Notes under the pieces: generated by a model
The model's input: the letters and a program-made list of their open reading frames with translations, nothing else
Told to the model about the DNA's origin: nothing
Database searches by the model: none
From: a virus
Lineage: Duplodnaviria; Caudoviricetes
Length of the DNA stretch: 32,729 bases
Strand: one strand, 5' to 3'
IMG/VR virus record: IMGVR_UViG_3300016665_000258
Span: 1 to 32,729 of that record
Shown: one piece after another, positions 8,479 through 17,596 of the stretch
How positions within the stretch are numbered: position 1 is the first letter of the stretch
Layout: the number at the start of each line of letters is the position of its first letter
Translations under genes and position numbers: made by a program

Positions 8479-8947
8479 GTTCACACTTGAAACACTTTTG
8501 GACAAGCTTGCCGACCGGATGAAGGTTGAATTGCAATATCAGATTGATGCAATCAACCAATTGAATGATGACTTTGATTTGCCAAGCTTAGATGATGATG
8601 CGTGGATTGCCGGAAGCCTTGATGAACGGGTGGGCAACTACAATGAATTTTGCTTCTATTACGTGGACGACTTGCAAAGCATTGTGAACGGCCCACAAGT
8701 TGTGTCTTCCGTGTCGATTGAATTTGACCTAGTCACAAGTCAGCGGGAAGATGGAATGGATTATCGAAGAATCTTGAGATACCAACAAGCCTTGATGGAT
8801 GCGGCATCTGAAGTGTGGGGGAAGGTTGGGAAAGGCTATGACAAGGCCACAATCACAGCACTGAACCCAATAGACATAAAGCTTTTCAATTCGTCATACT
8901 GGTCAAAAGTGATTGGTGTGCGGTTTGAGTTCAACCTAATAAACTAA
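8471..8947 (+). CDS. Putative tail terminator/completion protein
   Basis: Acidic 158-aa protein between neck and tail tube genes; position only. Confidence 0.5.
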   Translation: MAKFTLETLLDKLADRMKVELQYQIDAINQLNDDFDLPSLDDDAWIAGSLDERVGNYNEFCFYYVDDLQSIVNGPQVVSSVSIEFDLVTSQREDGMDYRRILRYQQALMDAASEVWGKVGKGYDKATITALNPIDIKLFNSSYWSKVIGVRFEFNLIN

Positions 8948-8962
8948 TGGAGGAAATAAAAA

Positions 8963-9838
8963 ATGCCACTGTCACAGCCTAGAACATTATTCGGGGTCCA
9001 TAGTCTGACCCCCTACAATCGTCAAACCATGATTCCCTACGGTGAAGCGCAAGTGCTTCAAGGGTCCACCTTCGCACTTGAAGGCGGCCTCATTGAATTG
9101 AAAGGCGGGTCTTCCCGCTTTACTTGGGCCGTTGAAGACGGGGACATTGACGCAACCCTTTCTTTCACCGTTTCGGAATATCCAAATTGGCTTTTCGAAT
9201 TGTTTGGTGGAAAGGCACCAACCGTTGGGTCCGCTGAATCTTCCGGCAACGTGAGCGCAATTGCTGACGTGTTCGGCACTTCGGTTGTTGCTGCAACCGG
9301 TATTGCTTCGGTGACTGCCATTCCTTCAACCGGTGCGGCAAACCTGAAAATGGGCAAGTATGTTGTAAAAGCAACTGCGGCCGATGCCTTCACGGTTTAC
9401 ACCATGTCAGATGCAGACTTTGGCCGTGGCACTGACGGATCATTCATTGATGATTCACTTGCCATCTTCAGTCAGACCGGTGCAACCACCGGGTCCACCT
9501 ATGACATCACCGCTTTCGGGCTTCGCATCACCATGGGCGCATCTGCAACCGCAATGACCCCGGGTGACACCGCAAGCTTTGATGTGCGCCCAATCAACAC
9601 CTTCAACCGCAGCGTGCGGATTGGTGGGATTGCTGACAGCTTCCCGGAATTCGGTTGCGTGATTTACGCACAGAAATCCGGTTCCGGTGCGCTGTTTGAA
9701 ATCGACGCATTCAAAATGAAGGCAATCGGCATCAACCTTGGTGCTGAAAGAAAAGCCTTCGGACAATCCGAATACTCCGCAAAAGCCGCATACGATACAG
9801 CAAAGAACGGCATTTGTGAGATTCGGGAAGTTGAATAA
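8963..9838 (+). CDS. Major tail (tube) protein with inserted accessory beta domain
   Basis: Strong SD GGAGG, followed by terminator, upstream of chaperone and tape measure; beta-rich, ELKGG motif. Confidence 0.75.
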   Translation: MPLSQPRTLFGVHSLTPYNRQTMIPYGEAQVLQGSTFALEGGLIELKGGSSRFTWAVEDGDIDATLSFTVSEYPNWLFELFGGKAPTVGSAESSGNVSAIADVFGTSVVAATGIASVTAIPSTGAANLKMGKYVVKATAADAFTVYTMSDADFGRGTDGSFIDDSLAIFSQTGATTGSTYDITAFGLRITMGASATAMTPGDTASFDVRPINTFNRSVRIGGIADSFPEFGCVIYAQKSGSGALFEIDAFKMKAIGINLGAERKAFGQSEYSAKAAYDTAKNGICEIREVE

Positions 9839-9876
9839 TCCAGACGCAACCACACACTTGTTTCATGGATGAAGTG

Positions 9877-9909
9877 CCCCCCGGGATTCGACACCCCGGG
9901 GGGTTTTTT
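9877..9909 (+). terminator. Intrinsic terminator after tail tube gene (possibly also serving the convergent minus-strand genes)
   Basis: CCCCCCGGG (9877-9885) / CCCGGGGGG (9895-9903) stem followed by T6. Confidence 0.85.
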
Positions 9910-10093
9910 ATTGGGTCAAATTGTGAATCCAAACCTCATTCCCGGTTTCGGGGTTTTTATAGGTCAACCGGGGAAGGCACCAACATTCTTTGTCGGCAAT
10001 GTGTTCTTTGTGTGAATCAAGATCGGGCAAATGGTGGAATTCCGTTATTTCATCGGGAAAGTTCAGGTCTTCATCCCTTTTTTTCTTGATCAT
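9908..10093 (-). CDS. Small His/Cys metal-binding phage protein
   Basis: H..PD.D...H.....CWC.P.......G..VWIHN pattern; overlaps the end of the RHH gene. Confidence 0.65.
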   Translation of the reverse strand: MIKKKRDEDLNFPDEITEFHHLPDLDSHKEHIADKECWCLPRLTYKNPETGNEVWIHNLTQ

Positions 10094-10250
10094 GTTTCGG
10101 CCTTTTGAAATTGAGGATTGCGTGCCGGATCATGGCCGAGACATTCCCCTTGAAGAAATGCAGGGACCGGGCAATCAAAATTTTGTTGGTCTCCGGGTCA
10201 ATCCTGAACCGCACAACCTTGTTCTTGTTCGCTTGTTTTTTCGCCTTCAT
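10071..10250 (-). CDS. Ribbon-helix-helix DNA-binding protein (59 aa, not in ORF track)
   Basis: My translation: MKAKKQANKNKVVRFRIDPETNKILIARSLHFFKGNVSAMIRHAILNFKRPKHDQEKKG; alternating VRFRI strand, helix, GNVSAMIR.AI helix. Confidence 0.75.
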   Translation of the reverse strand: MKAKKQANKNKVVRFRIDPETNKILIARSLHFFKGNVSAMIRHAILNFKRPKHDQEKKG

Positions 10251-10285
10251 GTGGCTACATTAGCATTATGTTGAACAAACCACAA
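10233..10285. promoter_or_regulatory. Overlapping divergent sigma70-like promoters (putative leaderless) with central palindrome
   Basis: + strand: TTGTTT(10233-38)-17-TACATT(10256-61)-6-ATG 10268; - strand: TTGTGG(10285-80)-17-TAATGT(10262-57)-6-ATG 10250; GCTA-CAT-TAGC dyad. Confidence 0.55.
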
Positions 10286-10675
10286 AGACCATCTGTGTTC
10301 CTGAAGAATGTTGGAAAGCCGCTTTACCTGAATTTTGTCACCATTGAAGATGAAGACTTTTTCAATGAACGATTCCCGGGCAACGCCCTGATTGAAAGCC
10401 TGCAAGCCGGTGACGTTAATTCAGTGTTGGAAATCTTTTGGCGGCTTTTGGACAATGACGGAAAGCGGTTGATTCGTGATGCCAAGCTTGTCCGGTGGGA
10501 AGGCATGAAGGAAGTGATTGTGGCCACAGATGACCCAATAGAAAAGCTTCGGTTGATAGTGTCAGGTGGGGAAGAAATCACAGCCATGATGGAAGCCATT
10601 TGGGGAGTGAAGTTGAAATCAAACCCTGAGCCTAAGTTGACGCAAAAAAAAAAGAATCAGGCGGCCGAAGCTTGA
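10268..10675 (+). CDS. Tail assembly chaperone (lambda gpG equivalent)
   Basis: Between tail tube and tape measure; ends in a slippery A10G run. Confidence 0.75.
   Translation: MLNKPQRPSVFLKNVGKPLYLNFVTIEDEDFFNERFPGNALIESLQAGDVNSVLEIFWRLLDNDGKRLIRDAKLVRWEGMKEVIVATDDPIEKLRLIVSGGEEITAMMEAIWGVKLKSNPEPKLTQKKKNQAAEA
10644..10654 (+). other. Programmed -1 frameshift site (A AAA AAG within A10G)
   Basis: CAA AAA AAA AAG; the -1 frame is open and continues into ORF 10672-10935 (...KKESGGRSLSDAELV...). Confidence 0.85.
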
Positions 10676-10935
10676 GTGATGCCGAATTGGTGGACCTTTT
10701 CAAATTCGAATACGGAATGAGTATTCAGGAAATGCGCTCACTGACAAGACGGGAATTGTCAGACTTGCTTGATGCTATGGTGTCAAGAAAGAAAGGATAC
10801 CCCGAAGAAGAAGTGCCTGTTAAGATTGAAGCAACGGATGAAATCAAGGCCAAGATTGCGAAGGCAAGGGGCAAAAGGTTTCAAGGGGTGACAGATGGCG
10901 GCCAGCAATCAACTGACAATTCAAATCACGGGTGA
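10672..10935 (+). CDS. Frameshift extension of tail chaperone (gpGT C-terminal part)
   Basis: In -1 frame relative to 10268-10675, TTG start with no SD; EYGMS..E...LT.RE motif. Confidence 0.75.
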   Translation: MSDAELVDLFKFEYGMSIQEMRSLTRRELSDLLDAMVSRKKGYPEEEVPVKIEATDEIKAKIAKARGKRFQGVTDGGQQSTDNSNHG

Positions 10936-12979
10936 TGAATCAGACCTGAAGAAAGCCTTGGAAAAGGCGGCCAAAGATATTCAGGACACATCAAACCAAA
11001 TCAAGAAAAGCGGGAAAGATGCCGGCACAAATTTCGGCACCGGCTTTTCGGATGGTGCCCGGGGAAAGCTTCGCCTTGTCACCGAAGGATTCAAAGAAAT
11101 TGAAACAACCGCAGCATCCGGGTTTGGTGGAATTGCCCAAAGCTTTTTGACCTTGGCGGTTAATCCAATCACGCTTGGTGTTGCCGCCATTGGTGCTTCC
11201 GTCATTGCAGCCTTTCAATTTGCAAAGATCGGTGAAGAAAACAAAAAGATTGGTGAAACATTCTCCCGGTTTGCCAATGATGCCGGGCTTGATGCCGAAC
11301 GGTTGAAGGAAAAGATTTCAGACGTTGCGGACGGATTCGTTGACCTTGAAGACGTTCTCCCTCGAGCCGGTCAGGCGGTGCTTGCCCTTGGGAAGAATGC
11401 CGAGCGCATCCCGGAAATCCTTGCCCTTGCCCGAAACATCGGGGTGCAGACCGGGCGGGACGTGAAAGAAGTCTTTGATGAATTGACCAAAGGCATTGAA
11501 AATCAAAACGTCAAGCTTTTGAGAAACAACAGCATCCGCCTTGATTCCGATAAGGTGCTTCAGGATTATGCCAAAAGCCAAGGGGTGCTTGTCACACAGC
11601 TTTCCGAAGCGGCCAGACAACAAGCCTTTTTGAATGCCACGCTCGAGCAAGGGTCAAAGAAGTTCGGGGAAGTGGGGGCGCAAGCGGCACCGATTCAGGG
11701 CGGAATCAAAAAGCTTGAACTTGCCTTCGATGACTTGAAAGATGCGATTGCGGCCGTTGTGAATTCCAATCTTGGGGTGTTCTTTGCTGAAGTCATCAAT
11801 GATGCGGCATCTGCAACCAAGGCCGTGGCCGAATTCTTCACACCGAAAAAGGAAGGTCCGGCAACAATTGCCGACCAAATCAAAGAAGTCAAAGCAACAA
11901 TTGATCAGATTAGCGAATCGAAGCTTTCAAATCCGGCTTTTGCTGAAGGATACAACCGGCAACTTGATGAAGCCAATGCCAAGCTTGCCGCCCTTCAAAC
12001 GGTTCAGAATGCCATTGATCAGGCCAACACACAAAGGGCACAGCTAACCAAGGAAGAAGTGGTGGCCGGTGAAACGGATGCCCAAATCACCGCCCGGGTT
12101 GAAAAGGAAATGCAAGCCCAAGCCGAACTTGCAGCAATCAAGGCCGAAGGCCGGGCAATCGAACAGCAAGCCGAACTTGACCATCAAATTGCCCTGACAG
12201 CAATTGAGAATGACGGGGACATGAACAGCCAAGCCGTCAAAGACATGGCATTCCAAGCACAGATTCAGCGCAATGCCATGGAATATGAATCAGCATTGGC
12301 CAAGGCACAAAAGATCAAAGACATTGGACAGCGTGAAGCGGCCGAAGATGTTGCCCGGCAAAAGCTTGTGGCAGCCAATAGGAAAGCCGTTGATGCCCAA
12401 GGGGTCATTGATGCCAAGGCTGCGGCAGATGCAAAGCTTGCCATTGAAAACAATCTTTTCAAGGCGGCAACCATGTTGGCAGATCAGCAATCAGCACTTG
12501 GCAAAACCCTTGCCGTTGCCCAAGCCGTCCGTCAAACCTACTTGGCAGCAACCGCCGCCCTTGCCCCACCACCCGTTGGTGCCGGTCCCTTGTTCGGTCC
12601 CGCCCTTGCAGCTTCAACAATTGCCCTTGGGATTGCCCAAGTTGCAAAGATTACGGCAGCCAATACGGGTGCCCTTGTGACCGGTGGCCAACCCGGGCAA
12701 GACACCAATCCATTCTTGCTTTCCAAGGGTGAAATCGTTGCCCCGGCCAAGTCATTTGATGAAGTTGTGGAAGGCACAGCCCGGCAGCGTGGCTTTGTGA
12801 AGGGTGGGGAATCCGGGCAAACAGATGCCTTGCTGCGGGAATTGATTGACAAGATCGACACCAAAAGTGTTTCAATCACAGTCAACACCGATGTTGTGGC
12901 CGATGACAATGGAATCAACACATTGGTGCAAAGAATACGGGATGCCATAGACTTCAATGCGGCACCCACATTGGGGTGA
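10895..12979 (+). CDS. Tail tape measure protein
   Basis: 694 aa, Ala-rich helical; N-terminal L.I.ITGD.SDLKKAL; follows the chaperone pair. Confidence 0.92.
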   Translation: MAASNQLTIQITGDESDLKKALEKAAKDIQDTSNQIKKSGKDAGTNFGTGFSDGARGKLRLVTEGFKEIETTAASGFGGIAQSFLTLAVNPITLGVAAIGASVIAAFQFAKIGEENKKIGETFSRFANDAGLDAERLKEKISDVADGFVDLEDVLPRAGQAVLALGKNAERIPEILALARNIGVQTGRDVKEVFDELTKGIENQNVKLLRNNSIRLDSDKVLQDYAKSQGVLVTQLSEAARQQAFLNATLEQGSKKFGEVGAQAAPIQGGIKKLELAFDDLKDAIAAVVNSNLGVFFAEVINDAASATKAVAEFFTPKKEGPATIADQIKEVKATIDQISESKLSNPAFAEGYNRQLDEANAKLAALQTVQNAIDQANTQRAQLTKEEVVAGETDAQITARVEKEMQAQAELAAIKAEGRAIEQQAELDHQIALTAIENDGDMNSQAVKDMAFQAQIQRNAMEYESALAKAQKIKDIGQREAAEDVARQKLVAANRKAVDAQGVIDAKAAADAKLAIENNLFKAATMLADQQSALGKTLAVAQAVRQTYLAATAALAPPPVGAGPLFGPALAASTIALGIAQVAKITAANTGALVTGGQPGQDTNPFLLSKGEIVAPAKSFDEVVEGTARQRGFVKGGESGQTDALLRELIDKIDTKSVSITVNTDVVADDNGINTLVQRIRDAIDFNAAPTLG

Positions 12980-12982
12980 TTC

Positions 12983-13567
12983 ATGTCATTATATATTCCG
13001 AGAATTGAATGGAACGACCAAAGCGTGACAGGAACAAGGACAAGCGGAAATCCGACAATTTCGGGGATCACTTCAACGGCCGGGATCAATGCCGGCATGA
13101 TTGCCAACGGGACTGGAATACCCACCGATGCGGTGGTGATTTCAAAGACTGTCAACAGCGTGACCTTGAGCGCAAACGCAACATCATCCGGAACCTCAGG
13201 CGTGAACTTTCTGGAAAGGATTGATTTCGAATATCCACCAAGTTCGGATACCGAAGAAGAATTGAAGCCCAAGCAATCCATCACCGAATCACTTTCGGGG
13301 TTGACCCAAGTGGTCACCGATTACTTGGAAGCATTCCGCACCGTTGAAATGGGTTTCTTGACTGTGACGGTTGCCGACAAGTTGAAAGACAATTTTTATC
13401 TTTACGCATACACCGGGCAAAGTTTTCGGTGGTTCCCTGACAAGGCATTTCCGGCTTCCTTCCAAACCTATGAATTGGGCAAGTGGGATTTCTCCCGGGA
13501 TAGACAAGTGAAGAAACACCCGTCATTTCTTTACCGGATTAAAATGACATTCCGTAGGGTGGTTTGA
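12983..13567 (+). CDS. Distal tail (Dit-like) protein with inserted Thr/Gly-rich beta domain
   Basis: Directly after tape measure; ESLSG..QV and F.W.PD motifs; insert TG...SGNPTI..GM...GTGIP..VTLSANAT. Confidence 0.6.
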   Translation: MSLYIPRIEWNDQSVTGTRTSGNPTISGITSTAGINAGMIANGTGIPTDAVVISKTVNSVTLSANATSSGTSGVNFLERIDFEYPPSSDTEEELKPKQSITESLSGLTQVVTDYLEAFRTVEMGFLTVTVADKLKDNFYLYAYTGQSFRWFPDKAFPASFQTYELGKWDFSRDRQVKKHPSFLYRIKMTFRRVV

Positions 13568-15327
13568 TGGAATACGCTGACGCACTAACAGAAAAGAAAT
13601 ACATTCCCAATGTCATCATCAGCATTCTTGGGAATTACTTTTCAATCAGGCAACCCGATTCGGGCCTGACAGTGCCAAGCGCAAACAACGGCCTTGTGAC
13701 TTCCCTTTCCCTGAATCCTTCAACCGTGGACCCATTCCGGCCATCGGTGGCCATCAATTCAAACAGCTTCAAATTGATTGACCGGGGCGGTGTGGTCACT
13801 TCCCTTTTCAATGGCAACCCTGAACTTTTCCAAGGTGAACTTTGTGAAATATGGCTTGGCCGTGTTGGTGTTGGCATGGACTTTTCAGAATATCTGAAAG
13901 TGACCGACACCTATGTGACCAAGGTTTCAAGGGCAGATGGTTCCTATTCATTCAGCACACAGGAGGCAAAAGACAGACTGAACAAAGATGTTTATTCTGA
14001 GCAAAACAAGCTTGGGGCAAACATCATCCCTGCAACCACAACAATCACGTTGCAGTCACCGCCGGCGAATACCTCGGGACTCATTAAAATCAACAATGAG
14101 TTTATTTCATATTCGGGGGTTTCAGGCAATCAAATCACGGGATGCATCAGGGGGGAGGAAGGAAGCACGCCATCAAGCCATGACTTGGGTGATGATGTGT
14201 TTTTTGCCGAAGTTGTTTCGGGGAATCCTATTGATTTGCTTCTGAAGCTTTTGATTTCGCCGGCCGGCGGTGGTCCATATTCTGTTTTGCAAGACGGTGC
14301 AAACCTTGATCAGACCTTGATTGACGTTGCCGAATTCGAAGCACTTCGGGATGAATACTTTTTGGGCCAAACCTATGACTTCATTTTGTATCAAATCGAC
14401 AATCTGAAGACTTTCATTGAACAAGAAATCCTTTCCCCGGCTGGCATCAGGCTTCGGGCAAATCTGAATTCAAAAATTGGCCTTGGAATTCTCAACAAGC
14501 CGGTCATCAACCTTGACGCTCCGGACCTTGATGATGACCAATTGACCCGGCGGCCGGCCTATTCGGTTGATGAAACAAAGATTGTGAACCATTTGAACAT
14601 TCAATGGGGTTATGACTGGCCATCCGGAAAGTTCACCAAAATCACAACCTATGTTGATGCGCCTTCGGTGGCATCTTTTGGGGATCGGAAGGCCGTCAAT
14701 CTGAATTTCAAGGGCGTGACCACCCAAGCGGACGTGGATGAGATTGCGAAGAATTACTTTTTGCGGTTTGCCTATCCAAAGCCGTTGATTGATACCAATG
14801 CGCACATGAGTGCTTCGGCTTGGGGATTGCTTGAAAAGCCAACCGTCATTTCAAACCAAATCCCGACAAGTGCCGGGGACCTCAATTTCATTGATTCGCT
14901 TGAAGTGCTTCAAAAGGCAATCAACTACCAGACCGGGGATGTGCGCTTTCAGCTTTCGGCCACACAATTCACCGGGCTTCGGGTGTGCTTCATTGCCCCA
15001 AGTGACACAATTTTGACATTCAGCAATCAAAAGACTGTGACGGTTGGTGCCGGTAGGGGTGCCCAATATCGGGTGGGGTGGAAGATGCGCCTTTATGACA
15101 ACGCAACCCGAGATTGGTTGCCCGATCCGATCAACACCATTGTTGGCATTGCCGGGGATGTGATCACATTTGAAAACGATTGGACCACCACATTGGTGAA
15201 CAATGCCCAAAAAATCACGTTTGCCAACTATGATGACGTGACTTCACAGCAAAAGCGGTTTTGTTTCATTTCGGATGATGGCAACAATTTCACCGATGGA
15301 CTTCCATCATATTTGATTTCATACTGA
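13564..15327 (+). CDS. Tail tip/hub protein
   Basis: 587 aa after Dit; GNPID.LL.LL, IVN..NI.W.YD, SVASFG motifs; ATG at 13567 is an alternative start. Confidence 0.7.
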   Translation: MMEYADALTEKKYIPNVIISILGNYFSIRQPDSGLTVPSANNGLVTSLSLNPSTVDPFRPSVAINSNSFKLIDRGGVVTSLFNGNPELFQGELCEIWLGRVGVGMDFSEYLKVTDTYVTKVSRADGSYSFSTQEAKDRLNKDVYSEQNKLGANIIPATTTITLQSPPANTSGLIKINNEFISYSGVSGNQITGCIRGEEGSTPSSHDLGDDVFFAEVVSGNPIDLLLKLLISPAGGGPYSVLQDGANLDQTLIDVAEFEALRDEYFLGQTYDFILYQIDNLKTFIEQEILSPAGIRLRANLNSKIGLGILNKPVINLDAPDLDDDQLTRRPAYSVDETKIVNHLNIQWGYDWPSGKFTKITTYVDAPSVASFGDRKAVNLNFKGVTTQADVDEIAKNYFLRFAYPKPLIDTNAHMSASAWGLLEKPTVISNQIPTSAGDLNFIDSLEVLQKAINYQTGDVRFQLSATQFTGLRVCFIAPSDTILTFSNQKTVTVGAGRGAQYRVGWKMRLYDNATRDWLPDPINTIVGIAGDVITFENDWTTTLVNNAQKITFANYDDVTSQQKRFCFISDDGNNFTDGLPSYLISY

Positions 15328-15336
15328 GGAAAATTT

Positions 15337-17055
15337 ATGGCACTTCCATACCCAATAGCAGCAGGACAAACAGATGCACAAAGCCCGGTTGATGACAATT
15401 TGATGGATTCAATCAGGCTGGACCTTGGATACCTTGACACGGCAATCACAAGCGTTCAGTCATTTGACTATCAATTCAAAATGAATGGGCCGCTTGCAGC
15501 ACTGACACCGGCTTTCGGTATGTACAAAAGGCTTGATGGTGCGCTTGTCGTAAAAGAACAAACCTTGCAGGTGGTGCGCCTTTACGCTGAAGTGCCCGGT
15601 ACCACCGGCACACTTGAAATTGACCTGAGAAAATACCGGTCAACCAATACACCGATCATTTCGATTGCCAAACAGTATTCACAAAACATCAATTCGATTG
15701 CCCAAATTGCACCGGGCATTGCCACACAATCCATTTCACGGGTGACTTCGACAATCAGCACCCAATCAATCACATATTTCAAGCCGGCAATCAACATTGC
15801 TTCAATCACCAACATTGGGAACAACCTTTCACGCATCAATCTGGCATCGGCCGTTGATTCAACCTATGTTGCCGGGGACGTTATCACGGTTGCCGGTGCA
15901 ACCAATGCGGCCAACAACGGTCAATTCTTGGTGTCACGCATCAATGATGATGGCCTGAACAATCTTGTTGTCATAAATGGTTCGTCCGTTGATCAGAATT
16001 CGGCAGCCGGGACCATCCAGTTGATGGCATTTTCATACAACTTCACCAACCCCGTCAGCACCCAATTTGTTGCGGGTGAAGCTGCGGTGTTCGCCGGCCA
16101 CACAACGGGTGGCAACAACGGAACATTCAACATTTTTGCAATCAACCAATCCGGCAACAACATCATTGTGAAGAATAACACCGGGGCAACCCAAGCGGGT
16201 GTTGCAGGGACGGCAGACGTTTGCCGGTGGGTTTACACTTATTCAGCTTCAGTGCCTTCGGATTTTGTTGCGGGTGAACGTGCGCAAATGGCCGGTCACA
16301 CTTCGGGCGCAAACAACGGAAGCTTTGTGATTGTCGCAATCAATTCGGGTGGCAACAACATTGTGGTCATCAACAATGCCGGGGTTGCTCAAGGTGCGGC
16401 AGCCGGAACAGCAAACACTTTGCGTTGGGTTTATGCGTTGCCGGTTGATCCATCTTCTCAATTCATAGTTGGGCAAAATTGTGTGACAAGTGGCACAACC
16501 AATGCGAACAATTCGGGCACTTTTGCGGTGGTTCAAATCAACCGATTGGCAACCAACAACATTGTTGTTTACAACCAAAACGGGGTGGCGCAAGCCGGGG
16601 CAGCCGGTACGCTTGCCCATGAACGGACCATCATTTCATTTGCATCTGACCAATCTGCAATCTATACAACGGCAAGCAACGTGGAAGTGATCGGCACAAC
16701 ATCAACTGCAAATCAGGGTTATTTCAATGTTGTTGAAGTCAACCGTGGGGGTGGTGCCAACTACAATGTGGTGGTCATCAACACGGCATCGGTAGCGCAA
16801 GCCAATCCGGTTGGACGCATTGCGATTGAATCAAAGTCAATTTTTGCGACACGGCCAACGCTTGTTTATCCATACGATTCATTTTCTAACACATACAACA
16901 ACGGGTCACTTCGGTTTGTGACTGCAACAGGTGGGGCATTCAATGCCGAAGCAACCATCACGGCAAGTGACGTGGCAAATGGTATTGTGCTTGGCTTTGA
17001 TATTGTCAGAATTCCATCTGGTGCAATCGCTGACATTGTGATTCAAATAGCATAA
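15337..17055 (+). CDS. Tail fibre/adhesin-like protein with five ~66-aa repeats
   Basis: Asn/Gly/Thr-rich; repeats F.AG....AG.T..ANNG.F....IN..GNNI.V.N..G..Q...AGT. Confidence 0.75.
   Translation: MALPYPIAAGQTDAQSPVDDNLMDSIRLDLGYLDTAITSVQSFDYQFKMNGPLAALTPAFGMYKRLDGALVVKEQTLQVVRLYAEVPGTTGTLEIDLRKYRSTNTPIISIAKQYSQNINSIAQIAPGIATQSISRVTSTISTQSITYFKPAINIASITNIGNNLSRINLASAVDSTYVAGDVITVAGATNAANNGQFLVSRINDDGLNNLVVINGSSVDQNSAAGTIQLMAFSYNFTNPVSTQFVAGEAAVFAGHTTGGNNGTFNIFAINQSGNNIIVKNNTGATQAGVAGTADVCRWVYTYSASVPSDFVAGERAQMAGHTSGANNGSFVIVAINSGGNNIVVINNAGVAQGAAAGTANTLRWVYALPVDPSSQFIVGQNCVTSGTTNANNSGTFAVVQINRLATNNIVVYNQNGVAQAGAAGTLAHERTIISFASDQSAIYTTASNVEVIGTTSTANQGYFNVVEVNRGGGANYNVVVINTASVAQANPVGRIAIESKSIFATRPTLVYPYDSFSNTYNNGSLRFVTATGGAFNAEATITASDVANGIVLGFDIVRIPSGAIADIVIQIA
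15832..16827 (+). repeat. Five diverged tandem protein repeats (~200 bp period)
   Basis: Visible in translation; boundaries approximate. Confidence 0.8.
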
Positions 17056-17067
17056 AGGGGAGAAAAA

Positions 17068-17583
17068 ATGGCAACTTCAATCAACACTGCAGAAATTCCG
17101 GTCAGTATCGTTGCAAGCGCAACGGCTGCATCATACACCGTGCCATCGGATCGCTATGCGGTTGTCAGGGCGCAAGTCAAAACAGGTGGAACCTTGTCAA
17201 TCGGTGGCGTTGTCGTTCTCGGTTCTGATACATGGTCGGTCATTACAAACTCGAACAATATGTTTCGAACCCCCGGGAATCTTCAAAATCAGGGATTTTC
17301 TGGCGTTACTGCAATCAATGGAATTTTGGCCGTTGGTGGGCCGAGCAACAATTTGCAGGCTTTCACTGGCGGGCCAAACATCATTACCAGTACCGGATCA
17401 CAGTTTTTTACGACAACCGGTTACGGAACAAATGCTGTTTATGGTGTTGGAGTATATGGCAATGACACCGCCAGAACATCGGATACGGCCCAATTCAAAG
17501 TACCTGCCGGAACAGTGATTGTTGGTGCGGGTGACTCTCGCTATCTCATTGAACTTTACAGAATCCCCGGATCAGCAACCTGA
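17068..17583 (+). CDS. Putative tail-associated structural protein
   Basis: Gly/Thr-rich beta protein, SYTVP..RYA motif; SD GGGGAG. Confidence 0.55.
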   Translation: MATSINTAEIPVSIVASATAASYTVPSDRYAVVRAQVKTGGTLSIGGVVVLGSDTWSVITNSNNMFRTPGNLQNQGFSGVTAINGILAVGGPSNNLQAFTGGPNIITSTGSQFFTTTGYGTNAVYGVGVYGNDTARTSDTAQFKVPAGTVIVGAGDSRYLIELYRIPGSAT

Positions 17584-17596
17584 AAGGAAAATCATC

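Noticed and set aside
9883-9896. GGGATTCGACACCC resembling a tRNA T-arm or tmRNA motif
   Set aside because: No cloverleaf on either strand; it is the loop region of the terminator hairpin
9990-10274. 94-aa + strand ORF bridging tube and chaperone
   Set aside because: No SD or motifs; the two minus-strand ORFs have recognisable protein patterns
15832-16827. Regularly spaced repeats as a possible CRISPR array or DGR template/variable pair
   Set aside because: Repeats are diverged, in-frame protein repeats; no identical DNA repeats with spacers, and no reverse transcriptase or cas gene in the window
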